Shown here piece after piece: positions 38,277 to 47,554 of a stretch of 64,000 nucleotides of DNA. The DNA is from Stellaceae bacterium (GTDB lineage: Bacteria; Pseudomonadota; Alphaproteobacteria; ATCC43930; CGMCC-115725). The translations under genes and the position numbers were made by a program. A model generated the notes under the pieces. The model did no database searches. It worked only from the letters and a program-made list of their open reading frames with translations, and was not told the origin of the DNA. How positions within the stretch are numbered: the stretch's first letter is position 1; each line of letters opens with the position of its first letter. The stretch spans positions 1,515 to 65,514 of the forward strand of contig DASQHO010000062.1 of the NCBI GenBank assembly GCA_035632055.1, in the 5' to 3' direction.

Positions 38277-38300
38277 CAAACCTGGCGACGGCGCCGCGTT
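38277..38300. repeat. Right copy of the direct repeat, overlapping the dnaE-proximal GC hairpin
   Basis: CAAACCTG-GCGACG-GCGCCGCGTT, located 9 nt downstream of the dnaE stop codon. Confidence 0.7.
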
Positions 38301-38308
38301 CGCGCCGC

Positions 38309-41300
38309 CTAAATTTCAGCCACTTCGCGGATCCCGGGCACGGTCTGGAGCGTGGCAGCGAGCCGCGGCGTGACTTTGAAGCCACCGGGCAGCGTAATCT
38401 CGACTTCGCGCGCATCGTCCAAGGCGACCACCACGCTGACGCGCCCGCGGCCGCCGCTTTCGCTGGCAACCGCCTTGCGCACGCCAGATAGCGCCTCTTC
38501 CCGCTCCACCACCAGCCGCAGCCCGGCCGCGGCACCGGCCGCCACCTTATCGAGCGCCTCGATACGCTGTGCGGTCAGCCGGTAGGTGTCGCCGTCGACG
38601 CGGATATCGGCGGTGATAAGCAGCGGCTGGCTGGATTCGAGCAGGGTGCGGCAGTCGCGCAACACTTCGAAGAATGCCATCACCTCATAGACGCCGCTCA
38701 TGTCCGAAACCTGGAGAAACGCGAACCGGTTGCCGCGCGCCGAAGTGCGCTCCTTGCTGGCGATGACGACGCCGGCGAGCTTGACGCGCGTTTCTGCGCC
38801 GGCTGGTCGCCGTCCCAGATCGGCGAAGCGCAGCACACCCAAACGCGCGAGGCTCTTGCCATAGGGATTAAGCGGATGGCTCGACAGGTAGAAGCCGATC
38901 GCCTCGAATTCCTTCTGCAGCCGTTCCGCCAGTGGCCAATCGATGATCGCCGGCAGCGCCGGACCTGCCGCCGGGCCGGCGCCGCCGCCGAACAGGTTAA
39001 CCTGCTGGCTGGCGCGCTCGTTGGCGGCGGCATTGGCGTGGCGCAACAGCAACTCGATGGCGGCGAAGGCCTGCGCCCGGTTGGGTGCAATGGCGTCGAA
39101 GGCACCGGCCTTCACCAGGCTCTCGAATTGCCGCTTGTTAAAGTGCTTGGGGTCGATGCGCGCCGAGAAATCGAACAAATCCTTGAACGGCCCACGGGCG
39201 GCGCGCTCGGCGGCGACTTGGCGCATCGCTGCCGATCCCACGCCCTTGACCGCGGCGAGCGCGTAGCGGATCGCGCCGCCCTCGCCCGCCACCTCAACCG
39301 CGAACTCGACGTCGGAGCGGTTGATGTCGGGTGGCAGCAATTTGATGCCGAGCCGGTCGCATTCCTGGCGGAAGACGTTGAGCTTATCGGTGTTGCCGAG
39401 ATCGAGTGTCATCGACGCCGCCAGGAACTCGACTGGATAATTCGCCTTGAGATAGGCGGTCTGGTACGCGACCAGCGCATAGGCTGCGGCGTGTGATTTG
39501 TTGAAGCCATAGCCGGCGAACTTCGCCACCTGCTCGAAGATATATTCGGCGAGGCGGTCGTTGACGCCGTGTGCCTTGGCGCCATCGATGAACTGCTTAC
39601 GCTGCGCCTCCATCTCCGACTTGATCTTTTTGCCCATGGCGCGGCGCAGCAGGTCGGCGCTGCCGAGCGAATACCCCGACAGCACTTTGGCGATCTCCAT
39701 CACCTGTTCCTGGTAGATGACGATCCCCTGGGTCTCCTCGAGAATCGGCTCGAGATCGGGATGCATGTATTCGGGGCGCTCGCTGCCATGCTTCACCGCG
39801 ATGTAGCGCGGAATGTTCTCCATCGGACCGGGGCGATAGAGCGCATTGACGGCGACGATGTCTTCGAAACGGTCGGCGTCGAGCTTCTTCAGCACGTCGC
39901 GCATGCCGGCACCTTCGAGCTGGAACACGCCGACGGTTTCGCCGCGCGCCAACAGCCGGAAGGTCTTGCTGTCGTCGAGTGGCAGGCTGCTGAGATCGAT
40001 CGTAATACCGCGTGCCGCCAGCAACTCGCGCGCCTTGGCCAGCACGGTCAAGGTTTTGAGGCCGAGGAAGTCGAACTTCACCAGTCCGGCGGCCTCGACG
40101 TATTTCATGCTGAACTGTGTCACCGGCATGGATGAACGCGGATCGCGATAGAGCGGCACAAGCTCGTCCAAAGGCCGGTCACCGATGACGACGCCGGCCG
40201 CGTGCGTCGAGGCGTGGCGGTAAAGCCCCTCGAGCTGCAGCGCGATCTTGATCAGCTGGGCGACCTGCGGATCGTCGTCGCGCATCTGTTGCAGCATCGG
40301 CTCGCCGTCAATCGCCTGCTGCAACGTCACCGGCGCCGCCGGATTGTTTGGCACCAGCTTGCAGATGCGGTCGACCTGGCCATAAGGCATGCCGAGAACG
40401 CGGCCGACGTCGCGTAGCACTGCGCGCGCCTGCAGCTTGCCAAAGGTGATGATCTGCGCCACGCGGTCGCTGCCATAGCGTTCCTGGACGTGGCGAATGA
40501 CCTCGTCGCGCCGGTCCTGGCAAAAGTCGATGTCGAAGTCGGGCATCGACACGCGCTCGGGATTGAGGAAGCGCTCGAACAGCAGGCCGAGGCGCAGCGG
40601 ATCGAGATCGGTGATGGTCAGCGCCCAGGCGACGAGCGAGCCGGCGCCCGAGCCGCGGCCCGGCCCGACTGGAATGTTCTGGGCCTTGGCCCACTGGATG
40701 AACTCGGCGACGATCAGGAAATAACCGGCGAAGCCCATTTTGACGATGACGTCGAGTTCGTAGACGAGCCGCTCGCGATAAGGCGCCGCCGCAGCTTCGC
40801 GTTGCGCAGCGTCGAGATCAGAGGGCAATACCTGCGCCAGACGGCGTTCCAGGCCCGCTTCTGCCGCTTGGCGCAGCTCCGCCGCCTCATCGCGGCCCGA
40901 CTCGCTTTTGAACGGTGGCAGGATGGGCTGGCGCGGTTCCGGCATGAAGGCGCAGCGCCGCGCGATCACCAGCGTGTTGTCGCAGGCCTCGGGCACGTCG
41001 GCAAAGGCGATACGCATCTCGCTTGCCGATTTGAAGTAATGCTCAGGCGTTAGCCGCTTGCGGTTGCCGTCGGCGAGCGTCGTGCCTTGCGCGATGCACA
41101 GCAGCACGTCGTGCGCGTCGTAATCGTTGCGTTCAGCGAAATGCACGTCGTTTGTCGCGACCAGGGGCAGATTGTGCGCCAGCGCCATCTCGATCAGCGC
41201 GGCGTCAATCCGTTCCTCGATGGCGGTGTTGTGGCGCTGAAGCTCGATATAGAGTCGGCCGGGAAACAGGCTGACAAGCCGCGTCAACACCGCTTCGGCC

Positions 41301-41782
41301 GCCGGCGCCTGGCTTTCGCCCAACAGCCGCCCGATAGGGCCCGTGGGACCACCGGAAAGACAAATTAGGCCGTCGGTATGGCCTTCGAGCACAGCGAGGT
41401 CGAGCTGTGGCGTTTCGGCCGGCGCGCTTTCGAGGTGCGACTTGCTGACCAGCTTGAGTAGGTTGTGATAGCCGGCCTCGCTCTGCGCCAGCAGCACCAC
41501 CGGGTCGGGCGGCAACGCCGGGCCGATACGCGCGACGCGGTTGCCGCCCTCGCTTTCACTGCGGCGGATACCGAGCTCGCAACCGACAATCGGCTGCACG
41601 CCCGCCTCGCTCGTCGCCATGGCAAACTCCAGCGCGCCGAACAAATTGCCCGAATCGGCAATCGCTACCGCCGGCATGGCATGACGACGGCACAGCGCGG
41701 CTAGATCCTTGATCTTGATGGCGCCGGACGACAGCGAATAGGCCGAGTGAACCCGCAGATGAACGAAATCGGCATGCGCCAT
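38309..41782 (-). CDS. dnaE: DNA polymerase III alpha subunit
   Basis: N-terminal PHP domain FVHLRVHSAYSLSSGAI; about 1157 aa from MAHADFVHL. Confidence 0.97.
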   Translation of the reverse strand: MAHADFVHLRVHSAYSLSSGAIKIKDLAALCRRHAMPAVAIADSGNLFGALEFAMATSEAGVQPIVGCELGIRRSESEGGNRVARIGPALPPDPVVLLAQSEAGYHNLLKLVSKSHLESAPAETPQLDLAVLEGHTDGLICLSGGPTGPIGRLLGESQAPAAEAVLTRLVSLFPGRLYIELQRHNTAIEERIDAALIEMALAHNLPLVATNDVHFAERNDYDAHDVLLCIAQGTTLADGNRKRLTPEHYFKSASEMRIAFADVPEACDNTLVIARRCAFMPEPRQPILPPFKSESGRDEAAELRQAAEAGLERRLAQVLPSDLDAAQREAAAAPYRERLVYELDVIVKMGFAGYFLIVAEFIQWAKAQNIPVGPGRGSGAGSLVAWALTITDLDPLRLGLLFERFLNPERVSMPDFDIDFCQDRRDEVIRHVQERYGSDRVAQIITFGKLQARAVLRDVGRVLGMPYGQVDRICKLVPNNPAAPVTLQQAIDGEPMLQQMRDDDPQVAQLIKIALQLEGLYRHASTHAAGVVIGDRPLDELVPLYRDPRSSMPVTQFSMKYVEAAGLVKFDFLGLKTLTVLAKARELLAARGITIDLSSLPLDDSKTFRLLARGETVGVFQLEGAGMRDVLKKLDADRFEDIVAVNALYRPGPMENIPRYIAVKHGSERPEYMHPDLEPILEETQGIVIYQEQVMEIAKVLSGYSLGSADLLRRAMGKKIKSEMEAQRKQFIDGAKAHGVNDRLAEYIFEQVAKFAGYGFNKSHAAAYALVAYQTAYLKANYPVEFLAASMTLDLGNTDKLNVFRQECDRLGIKLLPPDINRSDVEFAVEVAGEGGAIRYALAAVKGVGSAAMRQVAAERAARGPFKDLFDFSARIDPKHFNKRQFESLVKAGAFDAIAPNRAQAFAAIELLLRHANAAANERASQQVNLFGGGAGPAAGPALPAIIDWPLAERLQKEFEAIGFYLSSHPLNPYGKSLARLGVLRFADLGRRPAGAETRVKLAGVVIASKERTSARGNRFAFLQVSDMSGVYEVMAFFEVLRDCRTLLESSQPLLITADIRVDGDTYRLTAQRIEALDKVAAGAAAGLRLVVEREEALSGVRKAVASESGGRGRVSVVVALDDAREVEITLPGGFKVTPRLAATLQTVPGIREVAEI

Positions 41783-41856
41783 GACGGCAGCTTCGCACAT
41801 CATCCATTACGCTCAAAGCGGCGCGGCGCATTTGCCTCGATGATTTGAACAGCCCC

Positions 41857-42516
41857 TCAATCTCCCGCTGACACGGGGTCTTTGCTCTCGCCAGTTGCGG
41901 GAGGAGCACTAGGGTGAAGGGCGCTGCCGATGCGCTCGAGTTTCCGTGTCGACTCGGAAATTGGCTTCGTTTTGTCGATTTTAATTTTTTCGGCGGTATC
42001 GGCCGTCGCATCGAACCCCGCGACCGCCACGGCAATCGGCGGCGGCACGGCTTCACCGCGCCGCTGCGCCTGGCGGCGTTCGAGTTGCATCTGGGCGCGA
42101 CGCAGGGCGCGGTCGATGATCGCCTCGTAGTGGACTACCCGCGGGATGTTGGGGCCGGCATGCCGGAAGGCGTGACCGATTCCCGCATCGTGGATGCCCC
42201 ATTTGTCGAAATCATCCATGGCTCTTTCGATCAGCCCGGCCTCCGCGCGGGCGCCCCGCCGCAATCGCCAGGCGCACATCACGATACGCTCGACCAATTC
42301 CTCTTCGACCGCATCGGCCGGTTCGTAAGCGGCCCGGAGTTCGGCATGGAAGGCGGCAAAGCTTGCCGCCGTCTCGTCGAACAGCACGACCTGCTCCGCC
42401 GTCAGGCCATGCCGCAATGCATTGCGGGCGGCCACCGCCTTGCCTGCGTTGGTCTTGGGCCCAGTGCTTCTGGCCGCATTGCGCCGGTTGGCCGCGAGTT
42501 GGGCCTTACTGGCCAT
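41857..42516 (-). CDS. Conserved hypothetical protein (219 aa)
   Basis: Starts at MASKAQLAANRRNAARSTGPKTNAGKAVAARNALRHGL with an AGGAGG Shine-Dalgarno sequence. I recall this N-terminal motif from many uncharacterised bacterial proteins, and no function is known to me. Confidence 0.6.
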   Translation of the reverse strand: MASKAQLAANRRNAARSTGPKTNAGKAVAARNALRHGLTAEQVVLFDETAASFAAFHAELRAAYEPADAVEEELVERIVMCAWRLRRGARAEAGLIERAMDDFDKWGIHDAGIGHAFRHAGPNIPRVVHYEAIIDRALRRAQMQLERRQAQRRGEAVPPPIAVAVAGFDATADTAEKIKIDKTKPISESTRKLERIGSALHPSAPPATGESKDPVSAGD

Positions 42517-42528
42517 CGTTTGCCTCCT

Positions 42529-42569
42529 GTACGCTATATGTACGCTATTACGTACACTAAGCGTACACA
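42529..42569. repeat. Four tandem ~11-bp repeats, each containing GTAC; candidate operator array
   Basis: The repeats read tGTACGCTATa, tGTACGCTATta, cGTACACTAAg and cGTACACat. GTAC occurs at 42529, 42540, 42552 and 42563, a spacing of 11, 12 and 11. Confidence 0.6.
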
Positions 42570-42646
42570 TGCTGTCAACGCCCCGGTTTCGAAGGTGGCG
42601 GCGGTGGCTGCCGCGAGGCATAACCACGGCACAATCGGGGGAAAAG

Positions 42647-42964
42647 ATGTTGTTCATTGTCTATGCCGAGGATAACGAGGCGATATCGGCGGAAATCCGC
42701 CAGTCGAAAACGCCGGAGCATCTCGCCTATCTCGATCGCTACAAGGATGTGATCGTGCTGGCCGGCGCACTGCTGACCGACGATGCGGGAAAACGCGTCG
42801 GTAGCGTCTCGATCATCAACGTCAAGAACCGCGCCGCTGCCGAGGCCTTCGTCGCCGGCGAGCCATTCCGCAATGCGGGGCTCTATCGCTCGATCAAGAT
42901 CAGCCGCATGCGCAAGGGCCAGTGGAATCCGGCCGCGGCGCCCAAGACGGCAGAAGGCGATTAG
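42647..42964 (+). CDS. YciI family protein
   Basis: 105 aa: MLFIVYAEDN...HLAYLDRYKDVIVLAGALL...EPFRNAGLYRSIKI. Confidence 0.75.
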   Translation: MLFIVYAEDNEAISAEIRQSKTPEHLAYLDRYKDVIVLAGALLTDDAGKRVGSVSIINVKNRAAAEAFVAGEPFRNAGLYRSIKISRMRKGQWNPAAAPKTAEGD

Positions 42965-43176
42965 AGGGGCCGGAGGGTGACAGGCCGCCGAACTGGATCA
43001 GACTGCATGTCGAGCCGGCGGATCACCGCGGCGGCTTCGAGCCAGGCGCGTGATTGGCCGAAATCGCCGGTCGCGATGTAGCTTGCGGCGCGCTGGTCGG
43101 CGATGATCCCGGCGCTTCGTCCATACACTTTGATCGTCTCGCGCGCCAGGCGGTCAATCGTCGTTTCCCGTGCCAT
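42961..43176 (-). CDS. Small hypothetical protein (71 aa)
   Basis: ATG preceded by CAGGAGGCAGA, 26 nt downstream of the csp-like gene. I recognise no family. Confidence 0.45.
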   Translation of the reverse strand: MARETTIDRLARETIKVYGRSAGIIADQRAASYIATGDFGQSRAWLEAAAVIRRLDMQSDPVRRPVTLRPL

Positions 43177-43202
43177 GTCTGCCTCCTGCCCGCACGCGCC
43201 CG

Positions 43203-43406
43203 TCAGGGCGCCGGCCCGATGATCGTCATCGACCGCTCGCCCTGATCGAACGTGACCTCGAAGACAAGGCGCTGACCAACTGTAAGCGTCTTCATTCCCG
43301 CACGTTCGACCGTCGAAATATGGATAAAAACCGCCGGCCCGCCATCTTCGGGTGCGATGAACCCATACCGTTTCTTGGAATTGAACGATGTCACCGTGCC
43401 GATCAT
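43203..43406 (-). CDS. Divergent cold-shock-domain protein
   Basis: 67 aa: GTVTSFNSKKRYGFIAPEDGGPAVFIHISTVERAGM. RNP1 is KRYGFI instead of KGFGFI, and the usual Trp of KWFN is replaced by Ser. Confidence 0.65.
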   Translation of the reverse strand: MIGTVTSFNSKKRYGFIAPEDGGPAVFIHISTVERAGMKTLTVGQRLVFEVTFDQGERSMTIIGPAP

Positions 43407-43509
43407 GCCGGCTTCCGATTGGAAATGCCCAGGTCGACCGTGGCAACGACCGTACACAGCGGCACCGCTGCCATCACACCGGCTGCTACACTTGGCAACT
43501 GCTCCGGCT

Positions 43510-43968
43510 TCATCGCGAAACCCGGAGCGGTGTGAACACCGCCGCTGGATTCGCCACGCGGCGCCGGCGCTCCCAGTCGCGCGCCCGGCGTTCCGCAGCC
43601 AGGATTTCCGTCGTCGTCAGCTGCGAGCGAACGCTGTCGTAGCCGTCCCGCGCGCGCTGGTGGTGAACGCCATTGAGGCCGTGCATCGCGACGATGAACC
43701 ACTGACAAGCGCGGCCGCAATTCCGGTCGGAGGCCACTCCGGCGGCATAGAGCTCAGCGAGCCGCATCTGCGCACGCGGCTGACCATGCTCGGCTGCCCG
43801 CCGCAGCCATTTCATGGCCTCGGTACGATTGCTCGCGATGGGAATGCCGTTGTCGTCGGTCGGACCGACCGCGTTGCCGTGATCGTCGATCCGGTTGTCA
43901 TACATGACTCCGAGATTGTATTCGGCGTCCGGATCGCCCTTGTTGGCGGCCGCGATCAGGCGCTTCAT
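43510..43968 (-). CDS. Sel1-like (SLR/TPR-type) repeat protein
   Basis: 152 aa from MKRLIAAANKGDPDAEYNLGVMY, with a second repeat AMKWLRRAAEHGQPRAQMRLAELYAAG. An AGGAG Shine-Dalgarno sequence precedes the start. Confidence 0.6.
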   Translation of the reverse strand: MKRLIAAANKGDPDAEYNLGVMYDNRIDDHGNAVGPTDDNGIPIASNRTEAMKWLRRAAEHGQPRAQMRLAELYAAGVASDRNCGRACQWFIVAMHGLNGVHHQRARDGYDSVRSQLTTTEILAAERRARDWERRRRVANPAAVFTPLRVSR

Positions 43969-44205
43969 CGGATACTCCTGGCAATTTCGGATCGCGGTGG
44001 GCCGGCCGTCGATTTGGCCGGCGGCGTGTGAAACCGACATTAGAACAAATGGGGCGCGAGCGCCCGCATTACAATCGATCGGGCAGATATTTCGTAACCG
44101 GCCGTTCGTCAGCAAATCGATAAGCGGTTGTTATATTTGTCTAATATTTGGCGTTTGCGGCCACCCGGCCGCGCGCGACCCCGTCGCAGAGCTCGACATC
44201 ACGGG

Positions 44206-44895
44206 CTACGCAGCCCGCCGCTCGGCAACCTTGCCGTCTTCGAGCGCGAGGATACGGTCCATGCGCCGCGCCAGCTCGAGATTGTGCGTCGCGATGAGCG
44301 CCGCGAGGCCAGTGCGCCGCACCAGATCAAGCAGCACCCCCACCACCTCGCCGGCGGTGTCATGGTCGAGATTGCCGGTCGGCTCGTCGCCGAGCAGCAG
44401 CTGCGGCCGGTTGGCGAGCGCGCGAACGATCGCGACTCGCTGCTGCTCACCGCCCGAAAGCCGCGCGGGCCGATGATCGGCGCGCGCCGTCAATCCCACC
44501 TGGCCGAGCAGTTCCATTGCCCGTGCCCGTGCGGCCCGTTTGCTCACGCCTGCGATCATCTGCGGCAGCATGACGTTTTCGGCAGCCGAGAACTCCGGCA
44601 GCAGCTGATGAAACTGATAGACGAAGCCGATCGTGGCGCGGCGGACGGTCGTGCGCTCCTCGTCGCCCATGGCGCCGCAATCTCGGCCGCCGAGCAACAC
44701 GGCGCCGCCGTCGGGCTTCTCCAAAAGGCCGGCAAGATGAAGCAAGGTCGACTTGCCGGCGCCCGAGGGCCCGACGAGCGCCGCAGTTTCACCCGCCTTG
44801 ACGGTGAAATTCACGCCACGTAGCACCGGCAGCTTGTTGCCGGCCTGGACGTAAGTGCGCACGACATCGCGCAGCGTCAGCGCGAAGTCACTCAT
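44206..44895 (-). CDS. lolD: Lipoprotein-releasing system ATP-binding protein
   Basis: Walker [10 protein letters not shown] and signature [10 protein letters not shown]; directly downstream of the LolC/E-type permease. Confidence 0.85.
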   Translation of the reverse strand: MSDFALTLRDVVRTYVQAGNKLPVLRGVNFTVKAGETAALVGPSGAGKSTLLHLAGLLEKPDGGAVLLGGRDCGAMGDEERTTVRRATIGFVYQFHQLLPEFSAAENVMLPQMIAGVSKRAARARAMELLGQVGLTARADHRPARLSGGEQQRVAIVRALANRPQLLLGDEPTGNLDHDTAGEVVGVLLDLVRRTGLAALIATHNLELARRMDRILALEDGKVAERRAA

Positions 44896-46135
44896 ACCGC
44901 AGCGCCTCGACAGGATCGAGGCGCGCCGCCCGCCAAGCCGGATAGATGGTCGCGAGAAACGACAGCGCCAGTGCCATGGCGACGACCGAGCCGACCTCGT
45001 ACGGATCGAGGCGCGCCGGTATTTGCGTCAGGAAATAAATCTCGGGCGCGAACAGGTTGGTGCCGATGATGTCCTGGATGAACTGGCGGATGGCTTCGAT
45101 ATGCGCCGCGAACTCGACGCCGAGGACGAAGCCCAACGCTGTGCCGACAACGCCGATCGAAGCGCCCGACAGCATGAAGATACGCAGGATCATGCCGCGC
45201 GTCGCACCCATCGTGCGCAGCACCGCGATGTCACGGCCCTTGTCCTTGACCAGCATGATCATGCTGGAGATGACGTTGAAGGCGGCGACGACAATGATCA
45301 GCGTCAAAATCAGGAACATGACGTTGCGTTCGATCTCGACGGCGTTGAAGAACGATAGGTTGCTCTGCTGCCAATCGAAAATACGCATGTGGCCGCCGAG
45401 CGCATTGCCCACCGCCTGGTCGTAGGCGCGTACGTCGTCGGGCTTGGCGACGAACACCGAGATTTCGGACACGGCGTTAGGCAGCTGGAAATAAGTCTGC
45501 GCCTGCGGCAACGGCATGAAGATGACGCCGCTGTCGAATTCGTACATGCCGACGTTGAAGGTGCCGGCGACGCGATAGGCCTTGATCCGTGGCATGGTGC
45601 CGAATGCCGTCGGCGTGCCCTGCGGCGAGATCAGCGTCACGCTGTCGCCGGGCCTTACACCGAGTTTGAAAGCAAGCCGCTGGCCGATGATGATGCCGCC
45701 GTCATTGAAGCCGGCGAGCGCGCCGGACGACAAGTTCTTGGCGATCAGATTTTGTGCTTCGATGGTTTGCGCGCTGACGCCGCGCACCAGCACGCCCGAA
45801 GACTGATCGCGCGAGGTCGCCATCACCTGGCCTTCGATCTCCGGGTAGGCCGCGGTGACGCCGGGCACCGCCTTGATCTTGGCTGCGATCTGGTCGAAAT
45901 CGTTGAGCGGCGCACCGGGCGTCGAATAGACCGTTATATGGCCGTTGAATCCCAAAATGCGGCCGAGCAGATCGGCGCGGAAGCCGTTCATCACGGCCAT
46001 GACGATGATCAAGGTCGCGACGCCGAGCATAATGCCCAACAGCGAGAACACCGCGATCACCGATACGAAACCTTCCTGCCGCCGCGAACGCAGATAGCGA
46101 AAGGCGATCATCCGCTCGAATGCGCCGAGGATCAT
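44888..46135 (-). CDS. Lipoprotein-releasing system transmembrane protein (LolC/E family)
   Basis: Starts at [23 protein letters not shown], with the FtsX-like C-terminus. Its ATG overlaps the proS stop (ATGA). Confidence 0.85.
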   Translation of the reverse strand: MILGAFERMIAFRYLRSRRQEGFVSVIAVFSLLGIMLGVATLIIVMAVMNGFRADLLGRILGFNGHITVYSTPGAPLNDFDQIAAKIKAVPGVTAAYPEIEGQVMATSRDQSSGVLVRGVSAQTIEAQNLIAKNLSSGALAGFNDGGIIIGQRLAFKLGVRPGDSVTLISPQGTPTAFGTMPRIKAYRVAGTFNVGMYEFDSGVIFMPLPQAQTYFQLPNAVSEISVFVAKPDDVRAYDQAVGNALGGHMRIFDWQQSNLSFFNAVEIERNVMFLILTLIIVVAAFNVISSMIMLVKDKGRDIAVLRTMGATRGMILRIFMLSGASIGVVGTALGFVLGVEFAAHIEAIRQFIQDIIGTNLFAPEIYFLTQIPARLDPYEVGSVVAMALALSFLATIYPAWRAARLDPVEALRYE

Positions 46136-47442
46136 CGGAGGCCTACCAACCGCGCCACCGCTGCGTCGAGTGATAGCTCTTGCTTGACGCCGGTCTTGCG
46201 CTCCTTCACCTCCACGACACCCTGCTTGAGGCCGCGCGGGCCGACGACCACCTGCCACGGCAGGCCGATCAGATCCATAGCCGCGAACTTGGCGCCGGGC
46301 GACTCCTCGCGCTCGTCGTACAGCGTGTCGATTCCCGATTTCGTCAGCCGCTCATAGAGCTGATCGCCGGCTTCGGCGCATTCTTTGTCGCTCGGCCGCA
46401 GATTGACCAAGCCGACACGAAACGGCGCGACGCTCTCCGGCCAAATGATGCCGACTTCATCGTGGGACGCCTCGATGATCGCGCCGACGAGGCGCGACAC
46501 ACCGATGCCGTAGGAGCCCATCTCGACTGCGACGGTGTCGCCCTTCGGACCGGCGACGGTCGCCTTCATCGGCGCCGAGTATTTGGTGCCGAAGTAGAAA
46601 AGCTGGCCGACTTCGATGCCGCGCGCTTCGCGCCGCCGTTCTTCGGGCACGCGCGCGAACGCCGCCGGATCGTGCTTCTCGTCGGTGGCGGCGTACCATT
46701 TCAGCAACTCATCCTGCACGGTCGGGCTCGCCGGATCGAGCTTGTCTTCGTCGAGCTGTTCGATCTCGCTGTCGAAGTAGAGCTGGCTTTCGCCGGTGTC
46801 GGCCTGGACGTGGAACTCGTGCGATAGGTCGCCACCGATCGGCCCCGTCGCTGCGCGCACCGGGATTGGCGTCAGGCCCATGCGCTTGAACGTCTTCATG
46901 TAAGCCTTGAACATGCGGAAGTACGAAACCAGCGAGGCCGCCTTGTCGATGTCGAAGGAATAATTGTCCTTCATCAGGAATTCGCGGCCGCGCATGACAC
47001 CGAAGCGTGGCCGCACCTCGTCGCGGAATTTCCATTGGATGTGATAGAGGTTTTTGGGCAAGTCGCGGTAGCTCCGCACCGCCTGGCGGAAGATTTCGGT
47101 GATCAACTCCTCGTTCGTCGGACCGTAGAGCATTTCGCGCTCGTGCCTGTCCTTGAGGCGCAGCATCTCCTCGCCGTAGTCCTCATAACGGCCGCTCTCG
47201 CGCCAGAGTTCCGCCGGCTGCAGCGTCGGCATAAGGAGTTCCTGCGCGCCTGCGGCGTCCTGCTCCTCGCGCACGATCTGCTCGACCTTCTGCAGCACGC
47301 GGAAACCCAGCGGCAGCCACGTATAGATGCCGGCCGCGGTCTGGCGGATCATGCCGGCGCGCAGCATCAAACGGTGCGACGCGATCTGCGCCTCGCTCGG
47401 CGTCTCCTTGAGCAGCGGCAGGAAATACTGGGACAGGCGCAT
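46132..47442 (-). CDS. proS: Proline--tRNA ligase, short alphaproteobacterial form without the INS editing domain
   Basis: Starts at [34 protein letters not shown]. At 436 aa it is too short to contain the ~180-aa insertion domain. Confidence 0.93.
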   Translation of the reverse strand: MRLSQYFLPLLKETPSEAQIASHRLMLRAGMIRQTAAGIYTWLPLGFRVLQKVEQIVREEQDAAGAQELLMPTLQPAELWRESGRYEDYGEEMLRLKDRHEREMLYGPTNEELITEIFRQAVRSYRDLPKNLYHIQWKFRDEVRPRFGVMRGREFLMKDNYSFDIDKAASLVSYFRMFKAYMKTFKRMGLTPIPVRAATGPIGGDLSHEFHVQADTGESQLYFDSEIEQLDEDKLDPASPTVQDELLKWYAATDEKHDPAAFARVPEERRREARGIEVGQLFYFGTKYSAPMKATVAGPKGDTVAVEMGSYGIGVSRLVGAIIEASHDEVGIIWPESVAPFRVGLVNLRPSDKECAEAGDQLYERLTKSGIDTLYDEREESPGAKFAAMDLIGLPWQVVVGPRGLKQGVVEVKERKTGVKQELSLDAAVARLVGLR

Positions 47443-47554
47443 CGCGAGTCGGACCTTTCGGAGAGCGGAAATGGCGCCGCACTCTAGCCGAAGCCCGCGC
47501 AATAGGCCAAGATGGCGCGGACTTCGGGTGACCAGCGCGGCGACGGGGGAAGCC

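Noticed and set aside
47443-47554. Looked for a purine riboswitch upstream of the NCS2 purine permease
   Set aside because: The 112-nt leader shows no three-way junction and none of the conserved loop sequences of the purine riboswitch.
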